Part shown: positions 47,207-61,534 of the stretch, piece by piece | Layout: each line of letters starts with the position of its first letter | How positions within the stretch are numbered: position 1 is the first letter of the stretch | NCBI GenBank assembly: GCA_051362555.1 | Contig: CM120640.1 | Location: 10,044,001-10,108,000, forward strand | Direction: 5' to 3' | DNA length: 64,000 nt | From: Lingula anatina | Lineage: Eukaryota > Animalia > Brachiopoda | Notes under the pieces: model-generated | What the model saw: the letters and a program-made list of their open reading frames with translations, nothing else | Databases searched by the model: none | What the model was told of the DNA's origin: nothing | Made by a program: the position numbers and the translations under genes

Positions 47207-50200
47207 TTCACTTTTATTCTGAAATAAAAAAGTAAAAAGTATAATTAAATGCATCCAAACTAAGCATTAAAGTTGGAAATAGTAAATAAGTGGGTATCTT
47301 CTATATGTTCAGCAGGTGTCCTGGAACAGAAAGCATTTCAAAGAATCACTAGGTTTGTTCCTTTTGGAGTTTATTTTACCTTCTTATTTTACTTTAAAAA
47401 GAACAAAATAATTTGATAAATTTGTAAACTGAATTAATTTTTCTTAAATATGTCTCATTTTAAAAAAACGTCAAATAAATTAAAGGTCAACAATTTCAGA
47501 TAATAAACGTATGCACTCTTACAAAGTTTTTGCAATAAAAAACATCTTCTTGTCAGTCAGATACCTGGTGTGGAAGCCACTGCTTTTTCAGACCCTTTCA
47601 TTGTGAAAAGCAAGTAGAAAAAAAGGACTTCAGAGAGCCTGGCGTTCCAATGAAAGCAATCTAGATTAAAACCTCCCAATTTCTTCTCACAAATCCAGAA
47701 TAAATTGGAAGGCAGTATCCTGAACTGGATTGTATGGGCATCTTAAAGTGGAAAGGGAGTGAAGTAGAGAATATATCAAGGTAATCTGAGCAGATTGAGA
47801 TGTGGGGTTCTCAGCAAGCCTTGGATGGTTTTTGACAGTTTTACCCCAACATAAAAGAAGACTTTGCAGCATGTTTGAAGGAGACTCTGAGAGTGGGCCA
47901 ATCTTCTCTGTAGGGGAGCCTAAGTGGGCAGCACCACTTCATACAGAGAGTTGAGGTAGAAATTCAATTAGCGGTCCAGCTTTCCTCTAAAGTGTGAAAT
48001 CCTATCAGAGGTCTGATTGAGAAGAGGTACATATATGGGGTTTACATGTTGTGCTGTGCAGTAGTGACCTAGGTCATTACATAGAGTGATCGTTGCCTAA
48101 AAAAGCATATCACAGTTTTGTGGGCTTTTAATTAAAATTACAGTATACTTAAGCTGACTAATGAAAACACAATTAGACATTTAAAGATATCAATAAAACG
48201 TGACATACAATATTGAATATATAGGTGAGCTAGGACCGCTGGTCAGTATACGTGCATGTAAATAAAACTCACTCAAATAAAAACAAGAAAAAATTTATTG
48301 TACCAGCAGCAACTTTTTTCATAATAACCTTATTCGTTTGCACCCAATAACATAATTGAGCTTTTCTCTAAGTATAACAGAAATGCAGTCCTAGAACTAT
48401 ACTGATGTAGAAAATACCCTCTACAGGAGCTTCGCAGAGATTATTCATTGAATATTTTCATATATTCTCGTTTTGCTTGTTTCATTCGTCTAAAAAGATA
48501 TGAACACGTCAAAAAGGCAATAATCGAGTTCGCTGATTTTGAAAAAATCGTGGGCGTTTATTGAATAGGGCCTATGTATATTTGAACCCAGGGGTGTAAT
48601 TTGTGTATTTCCACTTTTGAGCGTACCCAGTCCTCTTATGCAACAAAAGTACTTTTTATTTGAGGCTATACAGCAACTCTTGGGAAATATTAACAAAAGT
48701 TGACTTATACTACAACTTTAATCAAGAAAACAACAAAAGCTTTTAAAAACTTTTTTCCTTGTGATGCTCGTAGATAAAAGGCCTTACTGTAATATCGTGA
48801 AGTACGTCCTCTATTTAGAGAGGGTTTATGAAAGAATGGCCTAGGTCAAAAAGAATTAATTTCAAATTATGCTAGGCGTATGTACGGTGCTCACGTATTT
48901 TGTTCACCATCTCATGTGCCTTATCTCAAAAAGTTATCAACCCCACACATTGTTCGTCAGCGGAGATGATATTTCCCTAGCCCTGGTCCCATAGAACTTG
49001 TTTAATTGTCTGAACATAATGAGAGAATGGTAAAGGTTAGGTTTTTTTCCCTTAACTAAAGCGCTTCACTTCTGGGTCTCGGCGATGGTCAAAAAGTTGA
49101 ACTTTCACACAGATCACTGTTAACTCAATCTGTGTTTGTATGGGACCCTAACTTTGTCTGAAATATGACCTCAACTACAAGAGATCTAAAGAGGATTCGG
49201 CCATAGGGTTGACAGAGGTGACTGGTTGGGTGTGTAGCTGTCTCTCCAGTGTAGCTGATGTGCTTCAGTTACGACACTGTGTAACTCAGCTTGGGACAGG
49301 TATAAGCTGGAAGGAATATAAAACCCTGTGGGAAATAGAACCCGGGACGAATGTTCCCACTGGCTTGTCTGAGAATTTCTCTTGTGAATTTACAGCACCT
49401 TGCGTCCACTTGACTTACTCCAGACGCTTGGGCAAAACAATCTTTAAATCCGATTTTCAACTCGGACATGACAAAATAGACTCAAAATATTTACTTGTGG
49501 GAAGAACTTGCGATTTTCAGGGTATGAGGGGCACATCCTTGAAGAATTTTTCATTCTTATATACCCGAGTAATCGCATCATTAGAATGAGAATCGTTTTA
49601 TGTATATTTTGTTGAAATATAAACTCAACCTGATTATGCGACGGTTTACTTCCTTTCTACAAGTTACAGATATGTTACTTTGCGTGTTTGTGGTTATCAG
49701 GTTCCTACATTCCTTTGGTAGATTAGAATAAGTATTCCTGGTTGTTTTATCATATCGTTTTTTTTTAAACAGAAACATTACATATCCATTTCTACATTGC
49801 CTTCACCGCCGGCTGGGAAATCGATTACCAGTGGGGAGTGGGCATTTGAGTGTGAAGAGAGGTTGAAAAAGATGCACCGTGGTGACCTGCACGCGCATTG
49901 CGCCCGAATAAGGTTTTGAGAGTTAGGAAAAAAATCAAAAGGAAATCGAAAAGAAACAAAATCAAGCTTAAATGCACATTTTACATCAGAAGCAGCGTCA
50001 GGTACCGGGGTTTTCTAAGGTTTTCTGTATGGAAAATGTTACGTATGAGTTTAACACCGTTAACACAATCCTTTATATATATATATATATAAAAATGATA
50101 AAAAATAAAAATAAACTAATACTAGAAGACCAGCAAGGTCAACGTTTTCTTCCTGACATTAGAGATAAACCGGACTAACGTGCTGAGAAAATTTCCTTTT

Positions 50201-51579
50201 AATAATCATTTTCATATTTTCAGGACGAAGATTATTAGTATTCCGGGACTCCACATAGAGAACTTGCTAACATGATAAGTCCATCATCTACATGATGTAT
50301 TTGAACGATATATATATACATGAAAATATTTCAATATGCTGTTTCAAACTTGACATTTACGAAAAAGTTACTATAATTAGACAAGGAACTCGAATTTTGG
50401 ACCCATCGGTCCAAGTTTGAATGATTTGCCTTATTGCAAAGACAGAAATGAACCCCAAAGACCTTCTTTTCAACAAACAAACAAACATACCTTGATCGTC
50501 TGCATTCGGTAGATTTTTTTAAGAATCCGGATCAGGTGTCTCCGGCACGTTGAAATATTTTACTATCTTGATAAAAAGTCCCACTACTTCCTTACCAACC
50601 CGGCGTAAATCAAGTCGCCTTTTTCACGGCACATGTGTTAAGCTACCTGCATAAGGGGGTGGTGCTTAACGCGACAGCTGCCCGGCGTTTGTTTCACCAT
50701 ATGCTCGTGTCTACTAAACAAAAGAAATTCACAGAGACCCGGACACATCATTAGCGGCTTTATAGAGAACCCACCTGAAAATCGATAGATAGGACCCTTA
50801 GGCTTCTCCGTCACCATAGTAATCAACTATGACTTATATGCACTCCACAGTTAAGGACTAAAATCAGTAGAATTCTCTAAACAACCGTTTCCTGTATGCT
50901 GTGGTATTTGATTATTTAAAAGTGTCTAACAGGATTTTTTTCAAGAATTAATAGAGCCCTTGTGCATTATGTAGTTCTGAACTTTTCATGCATACCATAT
51001 CGTTACATTGTACGGCACTAAATAAAATGTTTTGATGATAAACGGATCAAAGCAAATCATCATGAATCATTTTCCTTTAAATTTTCAAGTTTCCAAAATT
51101 GAACAGAAACCAATCGCTTTATCGGCCCACGTCCTTTATATACAACGAATGTGACACTAAAACATCCATGTAGCAACACTCGCGGACGCCTACAGATGTA
51201 AACTTTCTCATCATTGAGTCACTTGTTCAAATTTAACATTGACTGATATGGCGTGCTCTACCAATATGGACAATAACTACTTCCCTCCCGTTATCTTAGA
51301 GGGTCGGCTCCATAGTATTATTTCATAAATTCGACCTTAACCTCGAGGATTTAAAGGCCATGACAATGCAATGCGTGTCAGACGGCAGGAGCGGTGGCAG
51401 CCGAGCGAGCAGCTGGTTCACCTGTCACTGGGACAGCTGCACTTACTAACCGTTTTATGAATGAAAACTGCATAACCTTCAAGTAGGAGCGGGGTCGCGA
51501 TGGGATCGAAATACTAGTAACATAATTTTAGGAATGAGTTGTTATTTATAAATAAACGTGATTTTGCATTTCTGCATGG

Positions 51580-51615
<36 letters not shown>

Positions 51616-51645
51616 CACACACACACACACTCACACACACACTCT
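51580..51645. repeat. Compound (CT)n(CA)n microsatellite
   Basis: Directly visible. Confidence 0.95.
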
Positions 51646-54600
51646 CATTATTGTCAGTATTTTCAGAAACACTTTTATGCCTGTAGTAAGGAAATTGCCT
51701 AATCCACCAAGACTTTAATAACCTGCAGTTGCCATATATAGGTTGTATTTATCTCAAAGAAACCAACAATAGAATAGCGTTTTGCAGGCCAACGCAAAAG
51801 TGCCTGAACAACTCTTCTAGTTGACACACGCCTACTGTATTTTCGTAGCAGCAAATTGCCCACAAACTTATTTAAAACCGTTCATCGAACCTAAGAAGAA
51901 ATGTGGAACACCGTTAAATAGAAGCGCGGCTGTGTCAATACACCAGGCAGTGTTGGAATGCGCCAAGGTAAAGTGAGCAGAGTACGTAATAATATGCATA
52001 GCGTGCAGCTGTCGCCTAACATAACATTATTAACAGTGGGGAGATATTTCAATATAATCCAGTATGAAACAAAATCATCGTCTGTCTCTTTGAGATGATA
52101 CTGGAATAAACTTTTTTAAATAATGAGATTTTAATTTTATCCAACTACTTGGATGTTCTGGTAGAAATAGCAAATGAAAATGTTCGGGTTAAGAATTTAA
52201 ATGTCCGGACACACAAAGAGAAATGCGTCTGTATCTGTGCGCACGTCTGATGCAGGGGGATGTGGAAATTGAGCCGCAGGATGCGGGTAGGCTGAAGTTA
52301 ATCTTCCACTTATAACACAGAAAAGTGTCGGCGTCGGGGTCAAACATACCTTTAACCGAGCTATACCTGACGCTATAGCGAACTATTGCTCTATGCCTAA
52401 TTATTCAATATTCAGGTTATTCTATATTAAATATAAAAAAGATCTTGGAGTCATCATGCAAATGCCCAGCTCTCTTTACATTGAATAGCGTAATATCTTG
52501 TAAATGTGAATGTTGTACACAGACTAAAACAAAGGCTTGTATCCGCATTAATGAGAAGTGTTATAATGACATGCCCCGTGTAATCCCAGTGTTGTTGTTG
52601 TTTAACTTGTGCAGCATAATCGGCGTTTTTTTTTCTTACTATATCCTGACCACGCCACTGAACCCGATACTCTCAGAATATTATGAATGAACAGAACTTA
52701 CCTGCGACTTGTTCGTTCCTTTGCAAACTTCTTCCTCTACGTCTGCGTCCTTTCGCTGTATCAGGCTATCTGCTCTGTGTTAAAGAGTTCAGTAGCGTCT
52801 CCGAGAGCAGAGAAGGGCAGCTGCCGGGGGTGAAGCGGACGACAAATGATATGGCACGGCGGCAGCGTGTGCACTATTGTGTACTATACACATGTCCACC
52901 TGTTTACTTTTGTAAGGGAGTACGATTAAGTGTGGTCGTTTTTTTAAGGGAGAGACATCAGTGCAAGAAATGTTTTCTCCCTTAAAGTTCTAAATTTGCT
53001 TTGTTGGTATAAAATGTTAAAAATATTAAGAATAATTATCCTTTGTTTAATGCAAAGACAAGGTATTGCTTTGCAATTGCATACTTGAGGGACAAATTGC
53101 AGTAATGATTCCTCGTATCATTATCTCCGTCCTCTCCCCAAAATATATGCTATTCCGCATCTCGTTGGGTTTTAAAGGCTCAAGCAGAGTATATCACCAT
53201 TCAGTTTCTGCACAGAATGAGATGTGTGTCAACAAGGCGATCACGCGCTGAAGTGTACATAGTTAACCGAAAGTGTTTTCCCCATACAACTTTTTTAATT
53301 TTTGAATAGTTGCGTTCTTGTTTTTCGTTGACAAACATTCAAACACTGAAAAAAAGAAGAAATGAAAATAAATTTTGGATATTCACTAACTAGGGCATGC
53401 AGAGGAGGAAAAAGTTTGCAGCTGTCGCTTGCCGCCGTCTATCTGTGTTCCCTGGTCTATCATCTGTATCATCACTGATAGGCAGATTCTGCACCCTCGC
53501 TCCCGGCACATCATCTAATCTACACCTTCCCTCAATTGCGAATAAATACAGACAATCCGTTTTTAGTATACATACAAGATAGTTATCATTATCTCTGGAT
53601 TTCTCATTGAATAGATACACGTAGAAAATCTTCCTGATATCGAGTTATGTCAAAAATTTAGTATGGGCTGTGTTGAATAAGTAAAAAGAAAAATGATATA
53701 TACATAGAAATGGGCGAATTAGTTCATTCTCAATTTCATCAAACATTATCCTGACATGTAGCAATTTTGTTCAAAAACATTTATAATTTGAATTTGGGCA
53801 AGGCACGGAGAGCTAGTTGCACAATTTGTAATGTAACCTTCTGGTAAATAGTGAATACAGCAGATTAGAGTGAAACAAGACCTAATTAGGTCCCAGGTTA
53901 AGAAGGCCAGATAGAGCTAGGGAGGGGGGCTAGGCTGGGCTGTGGAGTGCTCATAATGGATTCACATTCCTGAATTCTAACTCCATAATTTAGCTACACT
54001 CCGACTTACTTTGATATTTAGTTCAATGACTTCGAAAGTATCATTATTTTGTGGTTTTTGCCTCCCATAATGTCCGCTTCTAAAAGGTAACCCTAGGGGG
54101 ACAACTTCTGCCACGCCTTCCTTGGGGCGGCTACTCCTTTGAAACGACTAAATTCGACACTATTGCATTGATATTACATCAACATCATTACTAAACATCG
54201 ACCTACTACTACATCACATGGTGTACATCTTTCATTTTATTACAGATTTATTCTATTTTGTAAAACATTTTTGCTAAGCGTTTTCTTTGTTTGAGGTAGA
54301 AAATGAATTTTATTACAATTTGACGTTAAAAATTATAATAAAAACAATGTTCATATCATTCCATTTTGAGAAGGATACGGACGTAATAACAAGATACCTT
54401 TTGTTTTTTTCTTTCTCTCTTTCTTTTTTTTCCCCACTTTAAATAACTTTATTCACCACTGAACCGACAAATTGCTTTTTGTGAGCCCGGATCTTCTCTA
54501 CTGCAACAAACACTTGGAGAGAACGTAAGATTAGCTTGCGTTTTGGTTGTCCTCAGTAATTTAGGAAAAACGTATTTTAAGAAGAATAATCAATGTAATG

Positions 54601-57600
54601 TGCTCCCAATTCACCAGCTCAAAACCTTGGTCCAACCTTATTTCAGAATGATGTATTTGTTTAAATGTGATTTCACAAAGTTTCGTTTCAACTTGTTAGT
54701 GCTCTAATGGTGAACCGCGCTCTATTTCCGTAAAGTAAAGCATCGTAACTTATATAAGCATAGTGTTGGCAATACACAGAATGCTTTTTGGTGTTTTAAT
54801 AAGCAGTGTACCAAGCACGTGCTCTTTGTCCAAATGCTTCCAATAGGCTCCAACACTTAACTTGTACATTTAAATAATTGTGAAATTGATAAATTCTATT
54901 TCAATAATAAATCATACGGTAATTATCTTAATCAAATGACTGATAATTTCTACTTCTACAGTTTAATTTTTGAATAAATTTAACTTTCGGTTGTCTACCA
55001 TCATTAGGTCCATGCTACCATAAAGTCCTTTATTCCTACCAACCATGGACCTAATGAGAGAACATGTACTAACTAAAATGAACTAAATGTCTGAAAAGAT
55101 TTTCTTTAAAAATATTGAAAGAACACATCAGTTAAATCAAGAAGATATTCACATATTGATACGGAGTTTTTATTTCAAAATAGACAATTTTTCTAAAATG
55201 GAAAATAGTTTTAAAATCATGGCGGTCGGTCTCCGGGGCCTCTACCTCTGTATGTGGTCATCACACCGGCATGAGTCACTAATTTCTTCTTTACATTCTC
55301 ATTATAGCCCTCTAAGCAGGTAGATTTACAAAACCAGCAAAGTATCAAAACCCTTTAATGACGAGTCCGTGTTCTACCAAAATGTTCGTCCCTACCCATT
55401 CAGAAAGTAATTTGCTGGCTGTTTATCTTGGCTATTGTGTTGAAAAAGATTAGAGAGGCTGGTTGTTTGTTCAGGAGATAGAGTACCACATCCTCCTGCG
55501 ATGTTCTTTAGTTTTCAATGGCCAAACATGGGAGAAAAATGAAGCCTCTGTCAACACCTTGCCTCCAGAAGGTGAGAACAGCGTGTGGCATTCTCCATTC
55601 GACGCCTTCAATGATAGTCTTGGCACGCGGTTTTAAGATGGCAGCCAGCGAAATGAATATTTTTCAAAAATAATAATAATAAATAAATAAAAAAGGAAAA
55701 ATGAAAACACCGATATAAATACTAATATCGATCATAAATTTTGTTATATTTCTGTTATTTTACATACTCAGTAAATATTCGTTTGAAAAGTATAATTTCA
55801 AAACTTTAAATGACGAGCCCATTTAGATTAGACCACCCTATTCTTTTAAAATATTTCCATATGTAAAGCATTAAATCAATTTGAACGTGTCTTGGACAGA
55901 AGAACAACTTTAATCAAGGAGTTATAACAGAACTCCTTGCTTTAATTAAGTTTGTACATGGACATAATTATTATGTCCATGGTTTGTACTACAACTTTAT
56001 TTTAGTGTACGTGTGAGAGAAAGGGAAAAGGGAATATTTAGTAAAGTTTTATCAATTGCTTTTTTCCTTTTATGTCTTTATGATGCTTTTTAAGAATGGT
56101 TGTTGTCTCTTTAAATATGATTTATTTACCCACTTTATTTTTTAAATAAGATATACATAAATATCCATATGACCTAAAATACTTTTCCTGTTTTTAGTGG
56201 AATAAATTTCTTAATATATTAAAATAAATTTCGGGTCTTTGTTGTTTTATATTTTGTTATGGTTCAACTTTTACAAGTCACTGTTGTTAAGAATAAAAGA
56301 ATGGAATTACAATACAGAAAAGCCTCTAGCTTACTTATATGTCTGTAATTAACGGCCAACGGTGGGAAAAAAGGTCACTGCAGCCTCAGCAACCTCTTGG
56401 AATTCAAATCTTTTTATATGTTATGCAATAAAGCAATACTCAAAGTACACGATGATGCGAGCCTTCTTTTGAGCATATGAGGGTTGTCTTGTTTGGTGGT
56501 TTTGTTTGCGGTGTGAGTTTGGTTTGCCCTTTGTATCCCATTGAGATGATCATTTTGATAACGGACGTTTGGTCGTAATATTTAATCCGGTATTGCGACA
56601 CGTACGACGCGAGATCGATCATTCTCCATCAAAGCGACGGAAGGAGGGGAAACCTGAGCCCCCATCGAAAGACACCGCGGTGCTTTAAGCCGGGAGATGA
56701 TGCCGTCTAGAATATACCATATTGACATCACTGTTCACGGGCACCGCAAGAAGGCATTGTGCGTCTTAAGCTGAAAATAAGATTACTTTCGCAATTTTTC
56801 TAAAGGTAAACACGGTAAAAGAATCGTCCAATATTTACTTTGAGCATCTGGTTAATTAAACCCTTGATGCTGCGTCTTCTGTGCAGTCTATTATTTGATA
56901 TGTTTGTCATTAAATGATACTAATTGGACAAACAGGTTAAGACACTGCATTGTGTTTGTGCAGAAGATCGAATGCCATCCTTTCCCGCCATACTTTCCAG
57001 TGCCGTCCGTCTGCTGTCTTCAATTACTATCAATTCCATTATAACAAAAATCCATGGCAGCACTACACTGGGAGGACGACTGCGTTCCTATCACACGGGG
57101 TTCTATTAATCAATTAATAACAATCTTTTCTTCTTCACTGTAAGGAGTCACGGACACGATACCCCAGCTGCGATTTTTTTGCTGTTTTTTTTTTTTCTAC
57201 TTCACAAAAAACCAACAGTGCCACCATTGTTTTTTGCAACACATAAAGTGTTTCCAAAAAAGCTATGAACGCGTATATCGATGCCTAATTTCTTTGAGCT
57301 GCTTAAAAAATCTCATTCAAAGAAGACATTCTACTATAATAATTGCAAAAGCACTCCTGATGATAAACTTGCTGCATACTATCATTATTAAGTATGTCTT
57401 AAAAAGCAAGGAATTATTTATGTCATCAACGAATAACTTTAGTAATGATCGACCTTCTTTATTCTTTATACGGCCTCAACACATACCTATAAATAAAAAA
57501 ATGAAATGTTTAAAAATTTTTCCCAAAAGAATACTATTGCCGTGCAATAAACCGTAGATAGCCGTATGTAGATATTTATCAATTTGACAATCTTGACAAT

Positions 57601-58050
57601 CACCCTTATATTCAAAGTCAGTAGAAATAACCACCAGGTTCTTTCATGGTAAATGGTTTTAAAAAGGATCTGTTTTTCCATGTAAGAAAATTCTAAATTA
57701 CCTGTTTTTTTTCTCGTTTTTTAGGAGACATATCAGTAACCCTGCGTTTGACAAAATGTTATTCACACCAGCTTATCTTGTATGCCTGGACACATACCGT
57801 TTGGTTATGTCTGTTCTGTCGTGCAAGACGAATCGCAATTCAATGCTATGGAACTCCGGGTGGTTTTTGTTAAATTGGTGAAAAAGAGTTTGCCCATTAT
57901 AGACAAATCACACACCTTTTAAGCGGAGTGGTGCGATTGATACATATCACGCGATATGTGTTGTTCAATACATTTTTACCTACTTCGGCTGTTCTTTCTT
58001 TCTTTTTTCATCTTTTCAGCTTTGCTGTATAGTTCTCTATTCATGCTGAA

Positions 58051-58056
<6 letters not shown>

Positions 58057-58121
<65 letters not shown>
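58057..58121. repeat. Compound (TC)n(AC)n microsatellite
   Basis: Directly visible. Confidence 0.95.
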
Positions 58122-58124
<3 letters not shown>

Positions 58125-60660
58125 GTCATTTACCTCAAACTTTATTTCTGTTTCACCATTTCGTACTTAACTTGTTTCAGCAGATTTTAATTAGAATCCA
58201 ACAAGTGTATATTTCCACCGTTTAATTTAACGTTCACAGCACAGTGAAATAAAGAATACCAGTATCTCTCTCAAAATAGTCACTCTCTTCCGATTAGTTG
58301 ATAACCTTCTGACACTACAGTATGGTGCTCTATCCAGCTTTTAATTAACGATCAAATATCCTATGAACTGATAGTATACCTTCTGTTACTAGATCAAGTG
58401 TTGCTATCAGTCCGTATATCTGCCAACTTCACAGATTTTTCGTATTGCGGAGACACAAAAATGGCTTCATTCTACAGAATCGTGTCCTTTAAAGTGTACA
58501 CCCGCAACGCCTTGGTGAATTGAGATTTAAAAAGATTGAAAACAATACCGAGATTATACTGCAACCGGAGGAGATGGATAATTTTGTGAAAGAAAAGCAG
58601 AATCGTTGCAACAAAGTTCTTGTTTTACCTCCATTTGCCAACAATTGTTCAAGAAGTTTTGAGTTTTTTCCTAATCAATGTTTTCATCTCTTACTCACCT
58701 TTAGTTACTCGGTAAATTCCATTTGATGATTAACAAAAATACCTGAAAATAAAAGAGAAGGGTGTGAACCATTACTGAAAAGTGCTATATGTGATATCGA
58801 ACCCAGTTATAAAACATAATAGGTTTTTAATGTTAAGGTTGTGTTCAAGTAGATATTTCAAATACTGTCACAATTCGTAAAGAAAAATTAAGATCATCTT
58901 TGTAATCCTTGCTAACTTTGATGCAAAGCATGACTTACGGATACAGTCGTCTTTTTAGAGAAACGAAGAACGCAATTATTTTGAGAGAATAATCAAAACG
59001 CGCGCCTGCGAGAAGAAGAGAGAGAGAATGAGGGTCGCAGAGGATATCGAATTCGAATATGCTAAAATGAACGGAGAGGATTCATTGCGAGCTTCACCGC
59101 GCCTACCTTTTTCTTTGTTCTTTACAGAAAATATGTCTTTTATGTCAAATTGAGTAGAAATGCTCAGAATTTTATTTCATCTTAAATTTCAAATTGCTTT
59201 TTTGCGAAAATCTTTTGAAGTAAGGACTTTTGTTAGAATTCAATAACAATAGTAAGAAATTTTTTAAAAATTACCAAATTTTGAGCGAGAAAAAAACTTA
59301 CAAGGGCGAATATATATATATATCATAAATATGTGTAACACTTTGACGACACAGTCGCTTTTAGTATATCTACGATTGTTACCAATATTATTTAATCATG
59401 AGTATTCCAATATAAAAAAAGACTTACAAATTGCGATCAAATGCATTAGAACGCAAGTGCATTAAAAAAGAGAGAAGGGCCTATACAAGTGACGAAAAGC
59501 TAAATAAAATCTTTTTGAACATTAAGCGACGTTAGATTGCTGATTGCTACTGTTGGATAATAATTAATAATGGTTCAGTTCTGAACAGCGGTCGTAAAAT
59601 GGCACTTTTTCACATTTTATAAAAATATCACATTTCCGTTCATCTTGATTAATAATCGTCTTGGTTAATTGCAATATATGAAATGGTGATTATGCACATG
59701 AAATTAAACTAAAGTGAATCTAAGAATCCCACATGATGAAATATACATAAAAATGTATGGAAAGGGCTACACAGTCTTTACATCACTTTTTCGCTTCTGT
59801 GGGTTTGGAAAAGAGAGAATTCTTTTCCAGCAAACTCGAAAACTCATTCTAGTTTCAGATAAATAGTTTATTTAGAATAATCAGCTTAGACATTGATTTC
59901 AAAAATACATGTCTATGTTTTTCTTTTCGATGTTGATGATTATTTAACGATTATTATTTAACGTAATATCCGTGTCATTCGACTGACAGTGAACTTATAT
60001 GATCACAATTAAATATTAGCAAATTATATCTTTAACATGTCACTTTAAAATGCTATAGGCTGGGGTATATGTTAGTGACATTCTATCAAATATCAACATA
60101 GTGGGTAAATTGATTTCAACCATTTTGTCAAAACTGCATTACACTCGTGATGGCATTGGTCAGTTTCTAAAACTTAAAAGTAGTTAAGCATAAAACATAA
60201 CAACGGGAATGAAAACAAACTCGTTTTACTTATATTCTTTGAGAAAATTTGCAACTATCTTTACCTGTTTTTCAAATAAAGAAACGGCATTGAAATGTCA
60301 GTCAAAAAAGTATTACGCTCAAGATATATTTGAAGTTATATCAACAGATCTGTTTTCTGCACTTTTGCAAATAAAGGCATGAACATTTAAGATGGACAAT
60401 GCGGCTTTGAAGGTAAAATATACAGTTATGTAAGCATAAGCTGAAGTCTTTCACAATGATTATGGTTTCTTCTTCTAAATGAGTCTTTATGTAAAAGACC
60501 CACTAGCAATTATGCATCAATTACAAGCTTATAACTACTAAATGAAAACTAGGTATTAATACAAAAAATGCGAAAGTATTTTTAACTGTCTCTTTTGTCT
60601 TGCATCTATTTCTGTACATTTTCGTCAGATTAGCATATAAAAAGTTTTTAATTTTCAAAA

Positions 60661-61392
60661 CTAATTTCGCTGTTTTCCTGGGGACAAGTCACCAGCCGTT
60701 TCCGTAGCAGTGGTGCAGTGCTGGCAGGCACACGGACATGGCGGGATGTGGACCGCAGGCAGACGACCAACGGTGAAATTCATTGCAAGAGCTGGTGGAA
60801 AAGTTGCTCGAGGCTGAAATAATTCCCTAGATACTGGCTGACTGCCCGAGTCCACTGGTGATGGCATCAAAACTATACTTGGTGGGCTTCTGGGCGACAT
60901 TTTTTGGAAAGAGTGCGAACGCTGTTGCATCTCACACACCAATTTCTTCATTTCTTCTAATGACCGCGTCAACGTGATGATGTAATTTTTGGCTAAGAGA
61001 AGAGTGGCCATTTTGGAAAGTTTTTTGACTGACGGCCCATGTCCGTATGGCATAACTTGTCGTAGCCCATCCAACGCTGAATTGATATCATGCATTCTTT
61101 GGCGTTCTCGCATGTTAATTCGCAAACGAAGCACATCTCTTTCGTCAGAATTAATGTCTTTTGAGCGCTTCTCCTGTCGTCTGTTCAGTCGAATTTTCCC
61201 TGGCACAGAAGAACGCTTAGCTGTAAAATTGTCTGTAATACAATCATTTTGCCCATCATCTGAAATGTCACAATTGTCAGTTTCTAAGTCTTCGCAGGCA
61301 TCATCTTCATAGGCACTGTCAACTACAGGCAACGCTCTTGAATCATTGCCGTGGTCAGCTTGATCTGAATCCCTGTTCTCGAGCGTGGTCAT
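60661..61392 (-). CDS. Olig: Olig-class bHLH transcription factor (Olig/bHLHe22-23 family), intronless
   Basis: bHLH LRLRINMRERQRMHDINSALDGLRQVMPYGHGPSVKKLSKMATLLLAKNYIITL matches the Olig loop VMPYxHGPSVxKLSK. Cys motif PCPCACQHC near the C-terminus, as in Olig/Beta3 proteins. Likely start ATG 61392; an upstream in-frame start at 61485 is possible. Confidence 0.88.
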   Translation of the reverse strand: MTTLENRDSDQADHGNDSRALPVVDSAYEDDACEDLETDNCDISDDGQNDCITDNFTAKRSSVPGKIRLNRRQEKRSKDINSDERDVLRLRINMRERQRMHDINSALDGLRQVMPYGHGPSVKKLSKMATLLLAKNYIITLTRSLEEMKKLVCEMQQRSHSFQKMSPRSPPSIVLMPSPVDSGSQPVSRELFQPRATFPPALAMNFTVGRLPAVHIPPCPCACQHCTTATETAGDLSPGKQRN

Positions 61393-61524
61393 AATTTCTA
61401 AGTAATATTGCAATCTTATTTTTAATTTTTTCCCCTTTAAGTCCACATAAAGAATTGTCAAGTCACTGACTGCTTCGCAACGCATAAACAGCCTTTTTCT
61501 CAGTTCCAGCTCACAAAGGGCCGT

Positions 61525-61534
61525 TTTTATATAA
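61525..61534 (-). promoter_or_regulatory. TATA box of the Olig-like gene
   Basis: TATATAAAAA on the minus strand about 135 bp upstream of ATG 61392. Confidence 0.6.

Noticed and set aside
49209-49589. 126-aa ORF and other short ORFs in 48-60 kb as genes
   Set aside because: No recognisable motifs, mostly non-ATG starts and no consistent exon chain; lengths are compatible with chance.
46403-61392. Olig bHLH and the Orange exon forming one spliced bHLH-Orange gene
   Set aside because: The Olig ORF is complete with its own Cys-rich tail and stop, and its bHLH is Olig-class rather than HES/HEY-class. No support without transcript data.
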